This document shows, in pieces, positions 55,991 to 64,000 of a DNA stretch of 64,000 bases. Both the position numbers and the translations under genes were made by a program. Within the stretch, counting starts at the first letter, position 1, and every line of letters begins with the position of its first letter. Under the pieces are notes generated by a model. The model had not been told where the DNA came from. It saw only the letters and a list, made by a program, of their open reading frames with translations, and did not search any database. The stretch comes from the human T2T-CHM13v2.0 reference genome, Homo sapiens. The stretch lies in assembly GCF_009914755.1 (NCBI RefSeq), contig NC_060947.1; one strand, 5' to 3'.

Positions 55991-57292
55991 ACTCATCAGG
56001 TTGTGAGAAAAGTCTAGGGCATAGAAAAACGTATCTTAAAAACGTGGGCCTTGGCTTAAAAAGTGGTAGCTCAGGTAGAATTATCCCAAAAGAACCCCTG
56101 GTCCCGAATCTTGGTCTGAATCTCTGATAATTTGTATTTATAACTTCAGTCCTTGTAGTAAGGCTGATATTATCATTCTGTTCCCCTTCACGGCCTCCTC
56201 CCAAGACATTAAAAACTGAACTGAAAGGGCCTTTATAAGATTAGGTGCTAATTGGTTAAAGCTAATCAAGTCAGCTCTGCCTAGAATAGTTAGAAGCAAA
56301 CATTTTTCATATATTGCTTTGTACAACTATAAATCTTAGGCATAGAGGAGTATAACATTCTGATTTCTGTTTGAAAAGTAATAGGACTAGATGAACAGTA
56401 TTGGCCAAATAGCAGAGTAGGCTATTTTCAAACTATCTCTATATAAACCATTAGAAATGTTGGATATAATGTAACAATTTTTTAAATTGCATGTCTTGGC
56501 TCACAAAAAAAGAGAAATCTTCAAGTGCCAGAAGCAAAGAGGATGCTAAAAGCCAAAGCAGTCAATCCTCTGGTAGCCTTGAGAGTTATTATACCCAATT
56601 ACGACTAGGGGCTTGGGTACTTAAGTCCACAAGGAAAAAAGAGATGAGGTCTTGGCACCATTTCAGATGGAGTTGGACTAAATCTCCAGCATAAAGTTGG
56701 AGCCACTTGAAAGGCTGCAATCACAGTAAGATGGTGAGTAATAAACTGTACCCACTAGCCCAGAGAGATGACAAAGAAGTACTGACTATTGAGTATAAAA
56801 TAATAATAATAAAAAATCTGGAGCTAGGAAACAATGTAGAAATAAAATACTATCGTTTAATAATATGTAAGATGGAGTGTCCTGAATGAAATATTTGGAA
56901 AGCCTTATATTATTCGGGAGTTAGGTAACTGGTACTTTGTCAAGTATGCATATGAAAACATAAAGGTGGAATTCTGTTTCTAGTAATAGGGACCTAAGTA
57001 ATTTTTACTATTCCCTTCTGATGAGAACTAGAAAATCTAAACAAAATATATTTTTAAATCTTTTGGGAGTTAGTGGAGTTCACAAAACAGTAAAGAATTA
57101 CTGTGCCAAGTTCCAGAAGAAAAAGAAAACCCAGAGAGAAGAGCCTGACATTTATGGATGCTTTTCCTATAGCAGCATCTGTCAATTATACTAGAGGGAG
57201 CTAGAAGGCTCAGAGGCTGAGTAGAGCTTTTTCAGTCTCATGGAATCAGAAAAAAAAATTGAATTGATAATGGCTAATACATTTCTAACATT

Positions 57293-59370
<2,078 letters not shown>

Positions 59371-59374
59371 AACT

Positions 59375-61885
59375 TAATGGACATATATAGGACCTCAAAG
59401 CTATGACTATACAATACATGTTCTTTCCAAGCACACACAGAATAACCCACAAAAACTGACAAAGATTCATCTACAAAGCAAGACTCAATAAATGCCAAAG
59501 ATTCCACAGCATATGGATTATTCTGCTTCACAAAATGCAGTAAAATTAGAAATCAATAAACAAAAAGATAACAAAAGAAAAATCCCAGAAAGGTGTTCTT
59601 TAAAAACACACTTAAAAAGAATTCATGAATTATGTTTCAAAAATTACATTGGAATTAGAAATTGAGTAACAATGAAATACTATTTACAAAAACTTGTGGG
59701 ATGCAGCTTAGACAGTAACTTAGAGGAAATTTACAGCCTGAAATGCATGTAGTAGAAAAGAAGAAGAATTGAAATCTAATGAGCAAAGTGTCCAAATCAA
59801 GGATTTAGAAAAAGGACTACATATAAGTAGATGAAGGACACAACAAAGCCAAGAGCAGAAGTTAATGAAATTGGAAACAAAGAAACAACAGAGAAGATCA
59901 ACAAAATCAAAATCTGCATCTTTGAGATGAATATAAAAAATAGAGAAACCCATGGCAAGGTAATAGAGCTAGAAAAAAGGAAAAGAAAGAATACAAATAA
60001 ACATTAAAGATTAAAATTCAAAAATAAATTAGAGACTGCTATTAACAACTTTATGCAAGTAAGTCTGAAACCTTAGATAAAGTAGATGTTTTTCCAGAAA
60101 ACAAATGGACGTGAGAAGAAATAGAAAACCTGAGTACACATTAAAAACATTGAAAATTGCCCAGATGGTTTTACAGGTGTATTTTGTCAAATTTTCAAAG
60201 GACAGATAATCTCTATTTTAAACTATACCAGAGAACAGGAAAAAAGGGAAACCATCTTGAATCATTTTATAAGAATATAATCTAGTTCCAAAACAGTTCC
60301 AAAATAGGGTAAGAAAAGGAGAAAATGATTTTTTTTTTTTTTAAAGGTGGGATGTCTCTATTTTGCCCAGACTGGACTTGAACTCTTGAGCCCAAGTGAT
60401 TCTTCCACCCCAGCCTCCCAAGTATCTGGGACTGCAGGTGTGTTCCACCTTGTCCAGCTCTAGAACTGATTTCTTAATAGGCCAATCTCACTTATAAACA
60501 TGGCTGCAAAAATCTTCAAGAAAATATCTGGTAATCAAACCAAAAATGCACACACATACACACACACATGCGTACACCAGTATATAGAAGTCACAGCCAA
60601 ATAAGCATGAATGCTAGGATGGTTTAACTTTAGAAAAATCTATCAATGTAATTCACCACTGAATTATTCCATTTTACTTTCACACATTTCATAATGATTA
60701 AAGAAAAATTATAATTTTATTATTATATGTAGAAAGAGTACCATTTAAAATTTAGTTCCTATTTATGATAGAATCTCCTAGAAAAACATGGCTAAAAGAT
60801 AGCTTACTGAGTATGGTAAAGGTGATTTACCAAAATCCTATAGTAAGCATCATATTTAGTACAGAAACAGAGTAATATATTCCTTTTAATGTCAGAAGAA
60901 GTACTAGAATTAACTACAGCTTCTAACTCAATGTTGTATTGGAAATCTTAGTCAGCACAAAAAGGCAACCAAAGACATAAAAAATTGGAATGCCTGAAAA
61001 GGAAGAGGTAAAATTGAACATACAGGTAAACTATGAAAGCTACAAGGTTTCTGGATGTAAAATCAAAAGGAAAAAATCAATAGCATGCCTAGATATTGGG
61101 GACAGCAAATTAGAACACGTACTTTTTTTTTCTAAATAAAAGGTTCCATTAAAAATAATAGCACATATAGCAAAAAAAAGGTTCCATACTCCTTTACATA
61201 AAATTTTAAAACTTTATTGAAGAACACATAAAAAGACCCAATCAATGGAAAGATATACTGTGTTCATGGCTCACAAGGCTTAATATCATTAGAATGTCAA
61301 TTTTTCTGTACTAGCTCTATAAATTCAATGTAATTCTGGTAAATATCCCATCATAGAGCTTGAAACATGATCCTAAAATCTATATGAAACAGAAAAGGCC
61401 AAGAATATCCAAGAACATTTTGAAGCATACCTATTAATACTAGGGGGTGTGTATGTCTGTCTGAACCTAAATATCCATCAATGGGAAAGGATATATAAAT
61501 TTTAGTATATTTATGCAGTGCAAAAAATATAGCAGTTAACTTGAATAAGGTAGAGATCCATGCCTGAATATGGATAAACTTTAGAAACATAATGATGAAG
61601 GAGGAAAGCAAGTTATTCATATGAAATTTAAACACATGTAGAAAAATACATTTTATGGATATATACATATTTGGAAAAGCCTAAACATGTGTATTGTATG
61701 ACAATGAATAGACTGAGGATAGTGGTTTCTGCTGCAGAGAAGAGAGGCAGATGGGATCACAAAAGTATACATAGGGACTTTGTTTGTATTTATTAATTTT
61801 TAAAGCAAAGTAGTGGGTTTACAGCTGTTCATTATGTTATCTTACATGTCTGAAATATTTCATAATAATTTACAAAAGAAAAAGA
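59375..61885 (+). mobile_element. Second old L1M (ORF2 remnant plus 3' end), interrupted by a FLAM
   Basis: ORF2 restarts at atggacatatatagg; aaacttgtgggatgcagc; gaaagatatactgtgttcatgg; 3' end tgtctgaaatatttcataat. Confidence 0.7.
60328..60458 (-). mobile_element. FLAM (Alu monomer)
   Basis: Poly-T head, ttgcccagactggacttgaactc..cagcctcccaagta. Confidence 0.8.
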
Positions 61886-63392
61886 GAATCAGTAAAAAAC
61901 AACTGTCTTTAGAACTGACTGTTCTATTGAATAAATAACTGGAGATATTACTTAACCTAACTCTTACACAATACCCTCCACAGATACAAACCACAACCAC
62001 GAGTCGGATAGGATTCAGCACAGTAAGAATCCAGGTGGGAAGCAATATCCTCATGAATGAGGGAATCCTCTACAAAATGAATTACTACAAATGGAGAAGC
62101 AGATCTTAAGCAATAAGCATTCCTCATTTTGAACTGCATCAACATTTCTGCAATTGCATCCAGTTCCAAATAGAGTTTCTGGACTGATTCTAAGATGTTT
62201 TTCAATCCCAATCTTCCTATAATCAGCAGTGGGGTTGGTGTGGGTGAAGAACTAACAGAAAACAGATGCTGGCAATTGTATAATTTATAAACAAGATAGA
62301 AATGATATTTGCTCTAATACATTTGTCTCATGAATAGTTCTATTTCCTGTGTAATATTTTCTATCTTGTTGAAAATACATTAACATTACAGGCTACAAAA
62401 TATGACAAAAGAATGCTAAAATATAAACATTCTTCTGTGCAAATGTATTGGAAAAGAACATGAAAAATATAGGCAGACACTTTAAAGTTCTATTGAGACA
62501 TTTCATTTTTAATAAGTTTCTTTATGCATGTCAACAATGAACAACACTTGTATAAATTGAACTCAGATACAACTGGAACACTTCTTTGTTGCATGCTGAC
62601 AAAGAACAATTTGATTAAACAGTAAATCCTTCAGAGCCTCCCTCAGAACCACTTCTCTGAGATTTACTTTTTAGGCAAAAGTTTCTAGTAATGTAAACTC
62701 TGTTATTCTTGACCCCTCTGCCTTCTCCAATATTAGATGGTGATCATATTTGGCACCCCAAAAGATTAAATCTGGTTATCAGTTTCTAAAGTATACATTT
62801 ATGTAAAAATTTCAAGATTAAAATATGGCATTCTAAACAAGGAAAAGACACCTCTGATGTAAAAATTCATAAAAATTAAGAAATTATTACATATTCACTT
62901 GCCCAGCATCTGGTAGAATCAATTAAAGATCAGAGTAAATTAGGCTGAAAGGGAAAGCACAGGGAAGAACAGAGAATGAATGAGCCTGAATAGACAGAGA
63001 CCCTCTCTTTCTTAGACTTTACTGCAATTTTTGTTGGGGAAACTAAACTATGAGGATTTTTCTCATTGTTTTGTATGATTAATATTAGAAATAACAGTAA
63101 GAAAAAAAAGTAAGGTTATATTGGCAAGTGTAGGCAGTGCCAGCTCAAGCTGTTTGTTTAAGGGCTGAAAAAAATTTTGGTGTACACCAAAAATTTCACT
63201 AAAATCAAGCAATGATTCAACTAATAACAGTAAACATTATTACAAACAAAAGTTTGTGTACTGTGTGTTGTTTCACCAAGTATTTGGATCATTTTCATTT
63301 TACTGATTTCAACTCCTTCCATTTCTCAGTAGTAAATATTCTACTAGAAAGTAGGACTACTATAAGTCACTGTTAACTTTATATCAGTAGAA

Positions 63393-63448
63393 CACACGTG
63401 CACACATGCATGCACATGCACACATATATACATGCATGCACACACATA
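63393..63448. repeat. Alternating purine-pyrimidine (CA/TG/TA) tract
   Basis: acacacgtgcacacatgcatgcacatgcacacatatatacatgcatgcacacacata. Confidence 0.75.
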
Positions 63449-64000
63449 TTTTTGGTGTCTATTTCTCTAAAAGTAATTAGAAGAACATATTAGTTGATGA
63501 GGTATCATATCTGTTTTATTGCATATGGTTAAATTAAATACCATCTCTAACCAATCTTTACAAGTACCTTGCTATGATAAAGATTTGGCTTTACTGTGGG
63601 ATAAGTATCACGTTTTCTATGCTTGAAGTATAATAGTATCTCCTCATTTTAACACAGAAAACCTATAACATAATACTTGTCCCTCAGCCTCAGCTTTACA
63701 ATGATGCTTCAATGTATCTTAGTAGTTTTAATACTATCTTAAATCTGAACAATTAAACTGAAGAGATTCAAAATGATACAAAATGTCAGCTAGCTTTAAC
63801 TGAACAAATAGCAACATACAAGCAGCATAACAACAGCGACACACTCCAGCCTATATAAAACCTTGAGAGGATTCTCAAATTCTTGATGGATAAGAACAAA
63901 AATCCCAAGGAATCTAGCATGTGAAGATCAAAAGTTGTAATGACTTTGAGCTTAATGTTTCATGGATCTTGACTGTCACATGGTTTTGGATTTCCTTTAT

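Noticed and set aside
61957-62211. Protein-looking 84-aa ORF
   Set aside because: Non-ATG start, no family recognised, no fit to the teneurin exon chain; a translated homology search would be needed to revive it

Overview
Primate (most likely human) genomic DNA lying entirely inside a teneurin gene on the minus strand, recognised as TENM1 from the translated exons. Seven GT-AG coding exons chain in frame: 53931-53746, the 24-nt microexon 52143-52120, 50188-50042, 35459-35243, 18352-18233, 11994-11733 and 9154-8887. They encode the last EGF repeats, the Cys-rich region and the TTR-like/FN-plug region. The rest is AT-rich intron with L1, Alu, MIR, L2, MaLR/ERVL solo LTRs, MER hAT elements and a full-length HSMAR2 mariner. 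I found no new protein-coding system. The most unusual signals are: (i) apparently locally templated, non-retrotransposed insertions, namely a doubly truncated Alu piece in HSMAR2 copied from an Alu 2.3 kb away and a 91-bp unique segment copied into a MIR 1.6 kb away; (ii) an inverted 5S rRNA 5' fragment fused to an L1 3' end; (iii) splicing motifs around the EGF microexon and a possible second 12-nt microexon; (iv) a possible stop-free EGF circRNA; (v) an old ~160-bp tandem repeat rich in TTTATGA motifs. Repeat subfamily calls are by eye against remembered consensus sequences, and boundaries of old repeats are approximate.
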